Under the pieces are notes generated by a model. The model saw only the letters and a list, made by a program, of their open reading frames with translations. It did not search any database and was not told the DNA's origin. From positions 20,125-84,124 of the forward strand of contig NZ_DATMNA010000094.1 of the NCBI RefSeq assembly GCF_035569475.1: a DNA stretch of 64,000 nucleotides, written 5' to 3'. This document shows positions 28,554-38,227 of this stretch, one piece after another. This DNA is from Phenylobacterium sp. (lineage in GTDB: Bacteria > Pseudomonadota > Alphaproteobacteria > Caulobacterales > Caulobacteraceae). How positions within the stretch are numbered: the first letter of the stretch is position 1; the number at the start of each line of letters is the position of its first letter. The position numbers were made by a program, and so were the translations under genes.

Positions 28554-28922
28554 CTAGAGATCCTTTGCGATGATCCGCGCCAGGGGCGCGTAGCCGTGTG
28601 GTTTCAAGGTCCGTTCCCAGCCGGCGCGGCCGATCACCAGCACCCGCCGGCACCGCTGGGCGCGGCCCCAGGCCTCGACCTGCGGGAGGACGTCGCCCTC
28701 CAGCTCCTGCCGCTCGCCGCCGGCCAGCCAGATCAGCAGCCGCCGCTCGCCGGGATCCTGCTCGACGGCCGCCACCAGCGCGCTCGCCGCGCCAGGCCAC
28801 AGCCGCGCCTCGCCGCGATCGACCGCGGCCTTCACATCGGCCAGGGCGTGGGTTCGTCCGGCGTGATCCAGCGCCGCCTCGAGCCAAGGCGCACAGCGGG
28901 CCCATTCATCGTCGCCGCTCAC
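28554..28922 (-). CDS. Phage GNAT-like protein
   Basis: GTGA-coupled; LLIWLAGG...GRAGWER; position between nozzle and ejection genes. Confidence 0.6.
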   Translation of the reverse strand: MSGDDEWARCAPWLEAALDHAGRTHALADVKAAVDRGEARLWPGAASALVAAVEQDPGERRLLIWLAGGERQELEGDVLPQVEAWGRAQRCRRVLVIGRAGWERTLKPHGYAPLARIIAKDL

Positions 28923-30451
28923 CGCCGCCCCGCCGGCGTCGCGTCGAACACCGGCTGGCCGATCCGGCAGGCCGTGGGCGCGCTCGATCCGGCGAAGGTG
29001 ACCTTGAACAGCCGCCCGGAGACCAGCACGTCGGTCTTGGCGTCCTGCGGCGCCATGGCGGGCGCGGCCACCACCTGCTCGACATCCTGCGGATGGCGCC
29101 GCGCCGAGATGCTGACGTTGACGGGGCCCTGCTGGTCTTTGAAATCCGGCCAGATCTCGCGGACCAGAAGGCAACTCTCCGGGTCGAGATAGCTGTCGGC
29201 GGTCTGGATGAACCAGGCGAACGGCTGGCCGTCGGCCGAATGGCCCTTCTCGTGGTGATAGACCCGCCCGCCATAGGTCACGCCCAGGGGATAGAGCGAC
29301 GGCCCGGCGTCCACGAAGGCGGTGCGCGCCATGAGCCCGCGGTGCCAGGCGCCCGCATCGCCCCCCGACAACGCCAGGGCCAGGTAGCGGCTGTTCTCAT
29401 AGCCGTCACGGCTGTCCGGATAGTCGAACCGCACCTCGGAATATTCGCCGTTCGACGACACCACGACCTTGTCGCCCTGGCTGGCGGCCAGGCTGTCGGC
29501 GAAGTCCTGTCGGATCGGGCACAGGATCGGCTGCGGCTGGCCGCCGACGCCATAGCTGTAGAATTGCCGGTCGGGGCTCACCCAGAAGGCGGTCTGCCCG
29601 ACCACCACGGCGGCGTTTGGGCCGATCAGGCCGCAATTGCGTCCCACTCTGTCGAACCGCCAGGGTTCATCCAGGGCTCCCACGAAGGTCCCCAGGAAGA
29701 GCGCGTCGCTGGTCCAGACCAGCAGATAGGGTCCCGCCATCCGTCCGGCGACGATCCGCCCTCCCCCGGTCAGCACATATTCCCGCGCCGTCGAACCCGA
29801 GGCGGTGGTGCTCCACTGGGTGTTGTCGCGGATCGAGGAGTGGCGGATGCAGAGCGGGTTGAAGACGCCCGAAACCTCCTCGTTGCACCCCAGGGCGAAG
29901 ACCTGGTAGCCGCCGTTCAGCGGCGCCACGAGCATGTGGGTCACGTTCGCCGGCGCATTGGCGATCGCCACGGCCTTGGACGCCGTGCTGTTGGTCCAGG
30001 CGAAGATCGTCTGGTTGCGCGGGCTCGCCAGCAGGTTCTGGCCCCAGGCGCCGAACGACCAGGTCAGCGGAAAGTAGTCGGTGTTCGAAGGCTGCCCGAA
30101 GCCGCCGACGCCGTAGGCCCCCGTGCCGAAGCCGGCGCTGCCTGCCCCATCGATCGCCCCGGCCGCGAATCCCGACGCCGGCGTGATGTCGAACAGCACC
30201 CCGCCCTGCCAAAGCTGCAACTTGGAATGCGTACCGAAGGCGATGTTCAGCACAGCGGCGTTGTCGGTCCAGGGAAACACCGTGCGGCAGACCCCGGTCA
30301 GCGGGGTGTCCACCAGGCTCTCCCATCCGCCGATGGTCTGCGCCCGCCCGAGGCGAAACCGGACGTTGGACCCGTCCGCCCAACGGCCATTGCCGGCGAA
30401 ACTCGTGTCGTCGCCGTTGAGACCGGGCGGAAGATCCAGGGGTATGCGCAT
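28919..30451 (-). CDS. Phage tail nozzle/stabilisation protein (podovirus-type)
   Basis: 510 aa beta-rich; MRIPLDLPPG...WADGSNVRF...IGGW N-terminus; phage context. Confidence 0.65.
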   Translation of the reverse strand: MRIPLDLPPGLNGDDTSFAGNGRWADGSNVRFRLGRAQTIGGWESLVDTPLTGVCRTVFPWTDNAAVLNIAFGTHSKLQLWQGGVLFDITPASGFAAGAIDGAGSAGFGTGAYGVGGFGQPSNTDYFPLTWSFGAWGQNLLASPRNQTIFAWTNSTASKAVAIANAPANVTHMLVAPLNGGYQVFALGCNEEVSGVFNPLCIRHSSIRDNTQWSTTASGSTAREYVLTGGGRIVAGRMAGPYLLVWTSDALFLGTFVGALDEPWRFDRVGRNCGLIGPNAAVVVGQTAFWVSPDRQFYSYGVGGQPQPILCPIRQDFADSLAASQGDKVVVSSNGEYSEVRFDYPDSRDGYENSRYLALALSGGDAGAWHRGLMARTAFVDAGPSLYPLGVTYGGRVYHHEKGHSADGQPFAWFIQTADSYLDPESCLLVREIWPDFKDQQGPVNVSISARRHPQDVEQVVAAPAMAPQDAKTDVLVSGRLFKVTFAGSSAPTACRIGQPVFDATPAGRR

Positions 30452-30564
30452 GTCGGCTCCATGAATTGCCCGGGCGACTCCGCCGCCGTTGACGTCCGGG
30501 CGGCGCGAAAGTCTCTCGCGATGGTGGGTTTTCCTTGCGACCCCAACGCCGCTAGGAGAGCGCC

Positions 30565-32262
30565 ATGGCCACCGCTTCTCCGACCGACGCCGTCATCCGC
30601 TTCGAGCCCGACGGCTACGACCTCAAGGGCCCCCGCCTGCTCGGGCGCCAGTCGGCGGGCAACGGCTTCCTCCGCGCCGCCGTCCAGGGCCGTGGCGAGG
30701 GCCCGGTCTACGGCCATACGGCGCGCACGGATTCCGCGCGGATGTTCAAGCGCATGGTGCGCGAGTTCGACCCTTCAGCCGACCCGGTCTTGATCGCCGC
30801 CGGACAGCTGGATCAGATCGGCCCGAAGCGCGGCGTCCTCTACATCGCGGACCCCACGCTCACGAGCTTCGCGCGTCTGCGGCAGCGCGTCGGACCGGGC
30901 AGCTACTCGTTGTGCGGCGTGACCCACACCCTGGCGAGCGATCTCACCTTGGAGACCATCGGCGACCTCTTGTCCGAGGCAGTCATGCCCTGGGACGCAC
31001 TGGTGTGCACGTCGACAGCTGCGCTTGAGACGGTGCGGCGCGTGCTCGCCGCGAAGATCGAGTTCCTGCAGTGGCGGTTCGGGCGCGGAGCGCGCCTGCG
31101 CCTGCCGCAGCTGCCGATCATACCGCTCGGGGTTCACACCGCGGATTTCACCTTCAGCGACGATGAAAAGGCCTCTCACCGCCAAGCCCTCGGCATCGCG
31201 CCTGACGAGGTCGTCGCCCTCTACCTGGGTCGGCTGCTCTTCTTCAGCAAGGCGCATCCATTTCCGATGTTCCAGGGACTGCAAGCGGCCGCGGAACGGT
31301 CGGGGAAGAAGATCGTCCTGCTCCTTTGCGGGCGGGCCCCGAATCCTCAGTTGGAAGCGCCCTTCCTGGCCGGGGCGGCGAAATATGCCCCGGACGTCCG
31401 CACGATCCTTGTCGACAGCCGCGACGACGACCTCCGGCGCGGCGCCTGGGCGGCCGGCGACCTCTTCGTCTCCCTCGCCGATGGCATCCAGGAAACCTTC
31501 GGCCTCACGCCCATCGAAGCGATGGCGGTGGGCCTGCCGGCCGTGGTGACCGATTGGAACGGCTACCGCGACACCGTCCGCGACGAGGTCGATGGCTTCC
31601 GGATCCGGACCTGGGCGCCAGAGCCGGGCCTGAGCGGCGAGGCCTACGCCCTGCGCTACGAACTGAAGCTCCTGGACTACGACAATTACTGCTGGGCCGC
31701 CGCGGCGGCGACCTCGGTCGACCTGGGCCAGTTGGCCGATTGCCTGACCGCCCTCGTCGAGCAACCCGACCTTCGCCGACGCATGGGTCTGTCCGGCCAG
31801 GCCCGCGCCCGCGAGACCTTCGACTGGGCGCAGGTCTATCGGCAGTACCAGGCGCTCTGGGGCGAACTGAACGCCCGGCGCCTGGCGGCGGCGCAAGATG
31901 CGGAAGAATGGGCCTGGGCGAAGGCCGCGCCCAGATTGCCGCCGTCGCGGCTCGATCCCTTCCATGCCTTCGGCCATTACCCGACCGCGATGATCGGTGG
32001 CGACACCGTGGTGTCCCTCGTCCCGGGCGCGACGATCGAGCTCTACCGCGACCGCGCCGCCGACGGCCTATTCGTCAACGCAGGCGCCGCGGATCCCGTG
32101 GTGTCGCTCATGTGGCCGCGGCTTGAGGCCGGTCCGACCACCGTCGCGGCCTTGGCGAAGGACGCCAAGCTCTCAGTCGGCTGGGCGGACGCCGTCGTCG
32201 GCGCCCTAGCGAAGATGGGCGTGGTGAGGCTGGAGCCGCCGGCGCCGACGCAACGCGGATGA
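30565..32262 (+). CDS. Glycosyltransferase family 4 protein
   Basis: QETFGLTPIEAMAVGLPAVVTDWNG (ExFG-x3-EA) motif. Confidence 0.88.
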   Translation: MATASPTDAVIRFEPDGYDLKGPRLLGRQSAGNGFLRAAVQGRGEGPVYGHTARTDSARMFKRMVREFDPSADPVLIAAGQLDQIGPKRGVLYIADPTLTSFARLRQRVGPGSYSLCGVTHTLASDLTLETIGDLLSEAVMPWDALVCTSTAALETVRRVLAAKIEFLQWRFGRGARLRLPQLPIIPLGVHTADFTFSDDEKASHRQALGIAPDEVVALYLGRLLFFSKAHPFPMFQGLQAAAERSGKKIVLLLCGRAPNPQLEAPFLAGAAKYAPDVRTILVDSRDDDLRRGAWAAGDLFVSLADGIQETFGLTPIEAMAVGLPAVVTDWNGYRDTVRDEVDGFRIRTWAPEPGLSGEAYALRYELKLLDYDNYCWAAAAATSVDLGQLADCLTALVEQPDLRRRMGLSGQARARETFDWAQVYRQYQALWGELNARRLAAAQDAEEWAWAKAAPRLPPSRLDPFHAFGHYPTAMIGGDTVVSLVPGATIELYRDRAADGLFVNAGAADPVVSLMWPRLEAGPTTVAALAKDAKLSVGWADAVVGALAKMGVVRLEPPAPTQRG

Positions 32263-32305
32263 TGTGCCAAATGCACGGCTCTCGCGCCCGTGGTAGGACC
32301 CGGAC

Positions 32306-33001
32306 ATGAAGTTCAACATGGGCTGCGGCGCCCGGAAACTGCCGGGCTTCCTGAATGTCGATGGCATCGCAGCCTGCGAGCCCGATGAACTTGTAGATCT
32401 TGAGGTCACGCCTTGGCCTTGGCCCACCGACTGCGCCGATGAGATTATCTTCAATCATTCTCTTGAACACATGGGTGCTGATCCGAAAATTTTCTTGTCG
32501 ATCATGGCTGAAATCTATCGTATAGCTGACGCTGGATGTATTGTTCAAATCAACGTGCCTCACCCACGTCACGACAACTTCATCAGCGACCCGACGCACG
32601 TTCGAGCGATCACGCCCCAGATGCTATGCTTGTTCGACAAGCGGCTCTGTGACGAAGGGATTCGCCGAAACGCCGCCAACACGCCGTTCGCCCACTACCT
32701 CGGGGTGGATTTTGAACTGACCCACACTCACACGGTGGTCGAGGAGCCCTTCCTTTCTCAGTACAGGAGCGGTGTTCTGAGCGAGGATGCATTGCGCCTC
32801 ATGCTACGCACGCAACTCAACATCGCCCGCGAATTCAAAATGACGTTGCGGGTGCGCAAGGATCATACCGCCGTCACCCGCGAGAAGGTGGCGATCAACA
32901 GACCGCCACCAGCCGGTGCCGACAAGGCACCTCCGCCACCAAATCCCGCGGCCGAGCCGCCAGAAGTGGCACCCACGCCTCCGCTGATCAGATCGCCATA
33001 G
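32306..33001 (+). CDS. SAM-dependent methyltransferase-like protein
   Basis: KFNMGCG, HSLEH, DPTHVR motifs; Pro-rich tail arises from overlap with the convergent gene. Confidence 0.75.
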   Translation: MKFNMGCGARKLPGFLNVDGIAACEPDELVDLEVTPWPWPTDCADEIIFNHSLEHMGADPKIFLSIMAEIYRIADAGCIVQINVPHPRHDNFISDPTHVRAITPQMLCLFDKRLCDEGIRRNAANTPFAHYLGVDFELTHTHTVVEEPFLSQYRSGVLSEDALRLMLRTQLNIAREFKMTLRVRKDHTAVTREKVAINRPPPAGADKAPPPPNPAAEPPEVAPTPPLIRSP

Positions 33002-33540
33002 TCTTTGAAGCCGCCGCTACCGCCGCCGCCTCCGCCGCCGCCTAAGGTGCCACCACCGGCTCCGCCATGGTCCCCCGCCGCACCCACCAACGCATTTGCC
33101 CCACCTGTTCCACCGGCGCGATGGACTTCATCCTGCCCCACGGTCCCGCTGAATCCGCCGCCCACGCCTGGTATGTTCAGCGCACCACCGATGCCGCCTT
33201 GGGCGACAATGACTAACCCCGAGGGCAGCACTAGTGCGGTCGCGCCGCCATTGACGCCGTTGCCGATGCCAGCAGCGCCCAGTGTATAAGTCAGGGCTGT
33301 ATTCGGCGGGCAACGGAAACGCTTCCAGACCGCCTCGCCGCCTCCGCCGCCAGCGTTTCCTCCCGAGTTCTGGCAGCCGCCTCCAGCACCAAACAACCAC
33401 GCCTCGACAATGGTTGGATATGCCGGAGACGTGAGGCTCGTGACCGTCGATCGGTAGGCGACTTGCAGTATTCGGGCACGCAACGATTTCGTAGCCATCC
33501 GCTGGCCCACAAGTCCGCGAAGGGGTTGGCCGACAGACAT
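32863..33540 (-). CDS. Glycine-rich phage tail-associated protein
   Basis: GAGGG...GGGGGE, AQGG.GG repeats typical of Gly-rich tail fibre domains. Confidence 0.6.
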   Translation of the reverse strand: MSVGQPLRGLVGQRMATKSLRARILQVAYRSTVTSLTSPAYPTIVEAWLFGAGGGCQNSGGNAGGGGGEAVWKRFRCPPNTALTYTLGAAGIGNGVNGGATALVLPSGLVIVAQGGIGGALNIPGVGGGFSGTVGQDEVHRAGGTGGANALVGAAGDHGGAGGGTLGGGGGGGGSGGFKDYGDLISGGVGATSGGSAAGFGGGGALSAPAGGGLLIATFSRVTAV

Positions 33541-33957
33541 CTAGAAGTCCGCCCACTCGGCTTCGAAGGACCACGAACCGGCTACGCCGCAGGCGACATA
33601 GAGCTGCTCGCCAGGAGCCAGAACCTTTGGCGTGTCGTCGGAATAGCCAAAGTCGACCAAAGGCGGCAGCGTCGTTGCGGCCATGGTATAGCCGCTTGGG
33701 GCGCCCAACGCGGCATTGGTGAACTTCTTGGTCGCACCACCGTCGAGGGAGCGAAACTCCTGTAGTTGGGTCACAGTCACCGTCGCAGCCGGAATGGCCC
33801 GCAGCTTAGTCAGGCGCGAGCCGTTCGCGCCCGCTGTCACGAGCAATGCGGTGTTGGTAGGCGAGGCGCTGTAGGTGCTGTTCGCCAAGAATGACTGATT
33901 GATGTGCGCGGACTTCGGTGTCTGCGGCGTGATGATCGAATTGGCTGTGCCGGCCAT
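33541..33957 (-). CDS. Phage virion protein (hypothetical)
   Basis: Beta-rich 138 aa with RBS, co-oriented within the tail module. Confidence 0.55.
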   Translation of the reverse strand: MAGTANSIITPQTPKSAHINQSFLANSTYSASPTNTALLVTAGANGSRLTKLRAIPAATVTVTQLQEFRSLDGGATKKFTNAALGAPSGYTMAATTLPPLVDFGYSDDTPKVLAPGEQLYVACGVAGSWSFEAEWADF

Positions 33958-33970
33958 GGCTCAGGGCTCC

Positions 33971-34480
33971 TTAGAGGGCGACGGCGAGCGCGACCTGCAC
34001 GCCGAGCACCTTGGTGGAAAAGTCGGAGAGGTCGCTGCTGGAGATCGGCTGCCAGCTCGCATTGGTCCCGTCGGTCTTGACGAACCTGCCGGCGTTGCCG
34101 GCTTGCGCCGGCAGGGCGCCGGCGTTGTAGGACCAGGCCGTGGCGGCGACGAAGTCCTTGATCGACAGGCCGCCATAGCCGGGCGTCTTCACGTTCGCCC
34201 CGTCGCAGACGATCTGGACGATGTCGCCCGGATCGACGCTCACCGCGCCGCCGGCCCCCGTGGTCAGGGTGACGCCGGCGCTGCAGGCGTTCCAGACCAG
34301 ATAGGCCTTGCTCACCGACGGCAGGGTCACCGTGAACGGCCCGGCCCCGGTGAATTTGAGCATCGCCGCGCGGGCCTCGTCGTCGCCGGCGTTGGCGGTG
34401 GTCAGGGCATAGTCGCCGGTGAGCGCCTTGGTCAGCCAGCCCGCCACCGCATAGTCGGCATGGCCCAGGACGGCGTTCAA
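33971..34480 (-). CDS. Tail fibre-like protein, probably 5'-truncated
   Basis: Phage-like sequence starts abruptly at TTG AAC GCC (LNAVLGHADY) against a promoter copy; AGRFVKTDGTNASW motif; no RBS. Confidence 0.55.
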   Translation of the reverse strand: MNAVLGHADYAVAGWLTKALTGDYALTTANAGDDEARAAMLKFTGAGPFTVTLPSVSKAYLVWNACSAGVTLTTGAGGAVSVDPGDIVQIVCDGANVKTPGYGGLSIKDFVAATAWSYNAGALPAQAGNAGRFVKTDGTNASWQPISSSDLSDFSTKVLGVQVALAVAL

Positions 34481-34515
34481 ATCGCGCGCGAAAGTCAAGA
34501 ACAAAATAGCAACAT
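34479..34515 (-). promoter_or_regulatory. Partial copy of LexA-box promoter (box and -35 kept, -10 missing)
   Basis: GTTG-CTATTTT-GTTC-TTGACT; 27 bp (34479-34505) identical to 45290-45316. Confidence 0.7.
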
Positions 34516-34527
34516 CTGTGCGCGCGC

Positions 34528-36318
34528 TCACGCCGAGGAGACCGCCTGCTCCAGCGCCTCGCCCGGCAGCTCCAGCTCGCAGACCAGGCCCTCGGGGCGC
34601 CACTCCAGCCGGCTCGACCCGCCCAGCGGACCGGCGAGCGCGCGGGCCAGCATCACCGTCCCCAGGCCGCGGCGCGAGGGCGTCGCCACCGTCGGGCCGC
34701 CGCTCTCGCTCCAGCGGAGGACCAGCGGTCCGCCGCTGGCGCGGGTCCAGCTCACCGCTACGCGGCCCTTCGGCCTCGACAACGACCCGTACTTCGCCGC
34801 ATTGGTCGCCAGCTCGTGCAGGGCCATGGCCAGCGCCTGGGCCGCCGGCGGCGACAGCGCCACCTCCGGCCCCTCGATGCTCACCCGCGTGGCCTCGCCC
34901 AGGCTGAAGGCCAGCAGTTCCTCCTCCACCAGCCGGCGCAGGTCCGCGCCCTCCCAGCGCGCTTCGGAGAGCAACTGGTGGGCCCGCCCCAGGGCCGAGA
35001 TGCGCCCGGACAGCACCTCCTTCAGCGCCTGCACCGTCGGCGCCTGCGACAACTGCACCGTGCTCAGCACCACCGTCAGCAGGTTGTTGGCCCGATGATC
35101 CACCTCGCGGGCCAGGAGCTTCAGGCGCTCCTCGGAATCCTTGCGCTCGGTGATGTCCATCACCACCCCGATGGCGCTGCGCGGCGCGCGCTTGGCGTCC
35201 AGCTGGATCTCCGCGCGCGCCAGCAGCCAGCGGACCGCGCCGTCCAGGCGCCGCACCCGGTACTCGACCTCGAAGCGCCGCTCGCCGCGGGCCAGGGCGT
35301 CCTGCGCCGCCTGCCGCAAACGGTCCTGCTCGCCGGGCAGGTAGAGGGCGTCGATCTCGCCCATGGTCGGCCGCGCGTCGTCGGCAAAGCCCAGGATCCG
35401 GTTGAGTTCGACGCTGGGGGTGATCCCTCGGCTCCCGTCTACCTGCCAGACCGCCATGCGCCCGGCGTCGATGGCCAGCGCCAGGCGCGCGGCGCCCTCG
35501 TCGCGCTCGGCCTCCGCCCGCTTGCGCGCGGTGATGTCCTGCAGGGTGCCCACATAGCGCGTCGCGACGGCGCGGCCATCGACGGTCTCGAACACCGCCC
35601 GCGCGTTGGCGAACACCCAGCGCACCTCGCCGTCGGGCAGCCTCAGCCGGTATTCGTAGGGCCGCTCGTCGCGCACCTGCGGGTCGAGCGCGCGCCGGGC
35701 CTGGGCCGAGGTCTGCGCGAAGTCGTCCGGGTGGGTGACCGCGGCCACCATCTCATAGGTCACCGGCGCGTCCGCCGGGAAGCCGCAGATCGCCCTGGCC
35801 TCCGGCGAATAGATCATCTCGTTGCTGATCGGCCGCCATTCCCAGACGCCCACCGCGGCCGCCTTGGTGGCCAGTTCCAGCCGCGCCTCGCTGGCCTGCA
35901 GCGCCGCCTGCCCGCCCACCAGCATCCGCGCCCGCGACCGGAACACCTCGGCGAACGCCACGATCGAGCCCGCCGAGACGAAGTAGAGCACCAGCGTCAC
36001 CGCATCGGCCTCGGTGGGTCCCGCGCCGCCCGGATGATGCATGGCGATGAGCCAGGCGGCGACGCCGCCGACCACGACGACCGCCGCGCCGGACATCCAG
36101 CCCGCCAGCAGGGTGGCCAGCAGCACCGCCGGGAACTGCAGGGCGAAGGGCAGCACGCCGGGGAACGCGGCCTCCAGGCTCCGGCGCGCGACGCTGACGG
36201 CCGCCAGCAGGACGAGGGTCACCAGGACGCGGGTCAGCAGCGTCGGCGCGGCCCCGTCCAGGCGTCCCAGCAGGTTGATCTTGCTCAGTCGAATGGACAG
36301 CTTGCCCGCCTCGCGCAC
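34528..36318 (-). CDS. HWE-family histidine kinase with TM and two PAS domains
   Basis: EVDHRANN, LHELATNAAKYG, WSESGGP. Confidence 0.9.
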   Translation of the reverse strand: MREAGKLSIRLSKINLLGRLDGAAPTLLTRVLVTLVLLAAVSVARRSLEAAFPGVLPFALQFPAVLLATLLAGWMSGAAVVVVGGVAAWLIAMHHPGGAGPTEADAVTLVLYFVSAGSIVAFAEVFRSRARMLVGGQAALQASEARLELATKAAAVGVWEWRPISNEMIYSPEARAICGFPADAPVTYEMVAAVTHPDDFAQTSAQARRALDPQVRDERPYEYRLRLPDGEVRWVFANARAVFETVDGRAVATRYVGTLQDITARKRAEAERDEGAARLALAIDAGRMAVWQVDGSRGITPSVELNRILGFADDARPTMGEIDALYLPGEQDRLRQAAQDALARGERRFEVEYRVRRLDGAVRWLLARAEIQLDAKRAPRSAIGVVMDITERKDSEERLKLLAREVDHRANNLLTVVLSTVQLSQAPTVQALKEVLSGRISALGRAHQLLSEARWEGADLRRLVEEELLAFSLGEATRVSIEGPEVALSPPAAQALAMALHELATNAAKYGSLSRPKGRVAVSWTRASGGPLVLRWSESGGPTVATPSRRGLGTVMLARALAGPLGGSSRLEWRPEGLVCELELPGEALEQAVSSA

Positions 36319-36372
36319 AGGCCGGCATCTGGGCGCGGCCGCCCGCCTCGGTCAAGCTCGCCGGGCCTGACT

Positions 36373-38154
36373 CTAGGCCGCCGTGACCGCTCCGCCCTCG
36401 CCGGCCTCCTGGCCTCCCGGAGCCCGGGCCAGCTCCAGGGCCGCATAGAGGTTCGCCGCCTCGATCGGCTTGGCCACGTGGCCGTCCATGCCGGCCTCGC
36501 GGTAGTCGGCGATCTGGTGCGCCATGGCGTTGGCGGTCAGGGCCACGATCGGGGTGTAGGCGCGTGCCGTCCGGGCCTCCGCCGCACGGATCGCCCGCGT
36601 CGCGGCGGGGCCGTCCATCACCGGCATCTGCACGTCCATCAGGATCAGGTCCCAGGGCTCCCGGGTCCAGGCCTCCAGGGCCGCGCGCCCATCGGCCACT
36701 ACCGTCGGCTCGACGCCCGCCTGCGCCAGCAGGGTCCGGAGCACGAGCTGGTTGATGGCGTTGTCCTCTGCCGCCAGCACCCGCAGCGGGCGCTCGGGCG
36801 AAGCGGGCCCGTCCGGCGCCGGCGTCGCGGGGTTCGGCGCTGTCGCCCCTGCCCCTTCCGCCGCCGTGGCCCGCGGGAGCGGCAGGCTCGCCGTGAAGGT
36901 CGAGCCGCGCCCGGGCGTGCTGGCGGCCTCGATCGACCCGCCCATCAGCCCGGCCAGCTCGCGGCAGATCGACAGCCCCAGCCCCGCGCCGCCATAGCGC
37001 CGGGTGGTCGAGGCGTCGGCCTGCTCGAACTTGCCGAACAGGCGCGACAGCGCCTCGTCGTCGATGCCCACGCCGCTGTCGGCGACCGCGATCCGCACCG
37101 CGTCGCCGTCTCGGCTCACGGTCACCACGATCCGCCCGGCCTCGGTGAATTTCAGGGCGTTGGAAATCAGGTTGTGCAGGATCTGGCGCACCCGCGTCGG
37201 GTCGCCCAGGCAGCGGCCGCCCGCGCCCGCGGCGAGCTCCAGCTCCAGGGCCAGGCCCTTGGCGTCGGCCAGCGGCGCGAAGGTGTCCCGCGCCCCGGTC
37301 GCCAGCGCCGTCAGGTCGAATTCGATGGTCTCCAGCTCCAGCTTGCCCGCCTCCACCCGGCTCAGGTCCAGGATGTCGTTCAGGATCGCCAGCAGGCCCT
37401 CGCCGGACTCCCGGATCACCTGCACCTGGGCGCGCACGTCGCCGGGGAGGGACGGCTGGGCGGTGATCGCCTGGGCCATGCCCAGCACCCCGTTCAGCGG
37501 CGTGCGGATCTCATGGCTCATGGTGGCCAGGAAGGCGCTCTTGGCGCGGGTGGCGGACTCCGCCTCGTCCATGGCCTGGACGATGGCCGCATTGGCCCGC
37601 GTCAGCCGCTTGGCCTCCATGAAGTTGACGCCCATGCTCACCGTGGCGTGCCCCACCGCCGCCAGCATGGTGACCTCGACCAGAACCTGGTCGACCCCAT
37701 GGAAGTGCTGGACCAACAGGGGCGCCAGCGCCGGCGCCGCCAGCGCCGGCAGGGCCGGGATCAGCGCGCCGATCGAGCGCCCGTGGTGGGTGTCCAGGTA
37801 GAGCAGGTGCCCCGCGAAGAAGGCCATGCCCGCCAGTTGGCAGGCCACGTGGCTGGAGGACCACAGGATCGCCCCCGCCGCGCTCCAGGCGGCGATCGCC
37901 GCGGCGTAGACCGCCACGCAGATCCACGCCTCCGCCCGGCTCAGCTTCAGGCCCCGGGCCATGGGCCGGGTCACCTCCCGCAGCGGCCATTCGACGGCGA
38001 CCGCGGCCACCACCCAGAACCCGGCCTTCTGCCAGCTCTCGCCCAGGCCCATGACCGCCCAGACCACGCCGGCCATCAGCAGGCGCATGGCCGAGAAGTG
38101 GAAACTTCTCGCCCCGGCCTCGCTGAAGCGCTCGTCGAACCAGCCCTGAAGCAT
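36373..38154 (-). CDS. Hybrid sensor histidine kinase/response regulator
   Basis: FLATMSHEIRTPLNG, NLISNALKFT, receiver LMDVQMPVMDG. Confidence 0.92.
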   Translation of the reverse strand: MLQGWFDERFSEAGARSFHFSAMRLLMAGVVWAVMGLGESWQKAGFWVVAAVAVEWPLREVTRPMARGLKLSRAEAWICVAVYAAAIAAWSAAGAILWSSSHVACQLAGMAFFAGHLLYLDTHHGRSIGALIPALPALAAPALAPLLVQHFHGVDQVLVEVTMLAAVGHATVSMGVNFMEAKRLTRANAAIVQAMDEAESATRAKSAFLATMSHEIRTPLNGVLGMAQAITAQPSLPGDVRAQVQVIRESGEGLLAILNDILDLSRVEAGKLELETIEFDLTALATGARDTFAPLADAKGLALELELAAGAGGRCLGDPTRVRQILHNLISNALKFTEAGRIVVTVSRDGDAVRIAVADSGVGIDDEALSRLFGKFEQADASTTRRYGGAGLGLSICRELAGLMGGSIEAASTPGRGSTFTASLPLPRATAAEGAGATAPNPATPAPDGPASPERPLRVLAAEDNAINQLVLRTLLAQAGVEPTVVADGRAALEAWTREPWDLILMDVQMPVMDGPAATRAIRAAEARTARAYTPIVALTANAMAHQIADYREAGMDGHVAKPIEAANLYAALELARAPGGQEAGEGGAVTAA

Positions 38155-38227
38155 CCCGCCCCCGAAACCCGGGCGCGGAGCATGGCCGAGGTTCCACAAG
38201 GCGCGGTTAATGCCAGGCGCGATCGCC

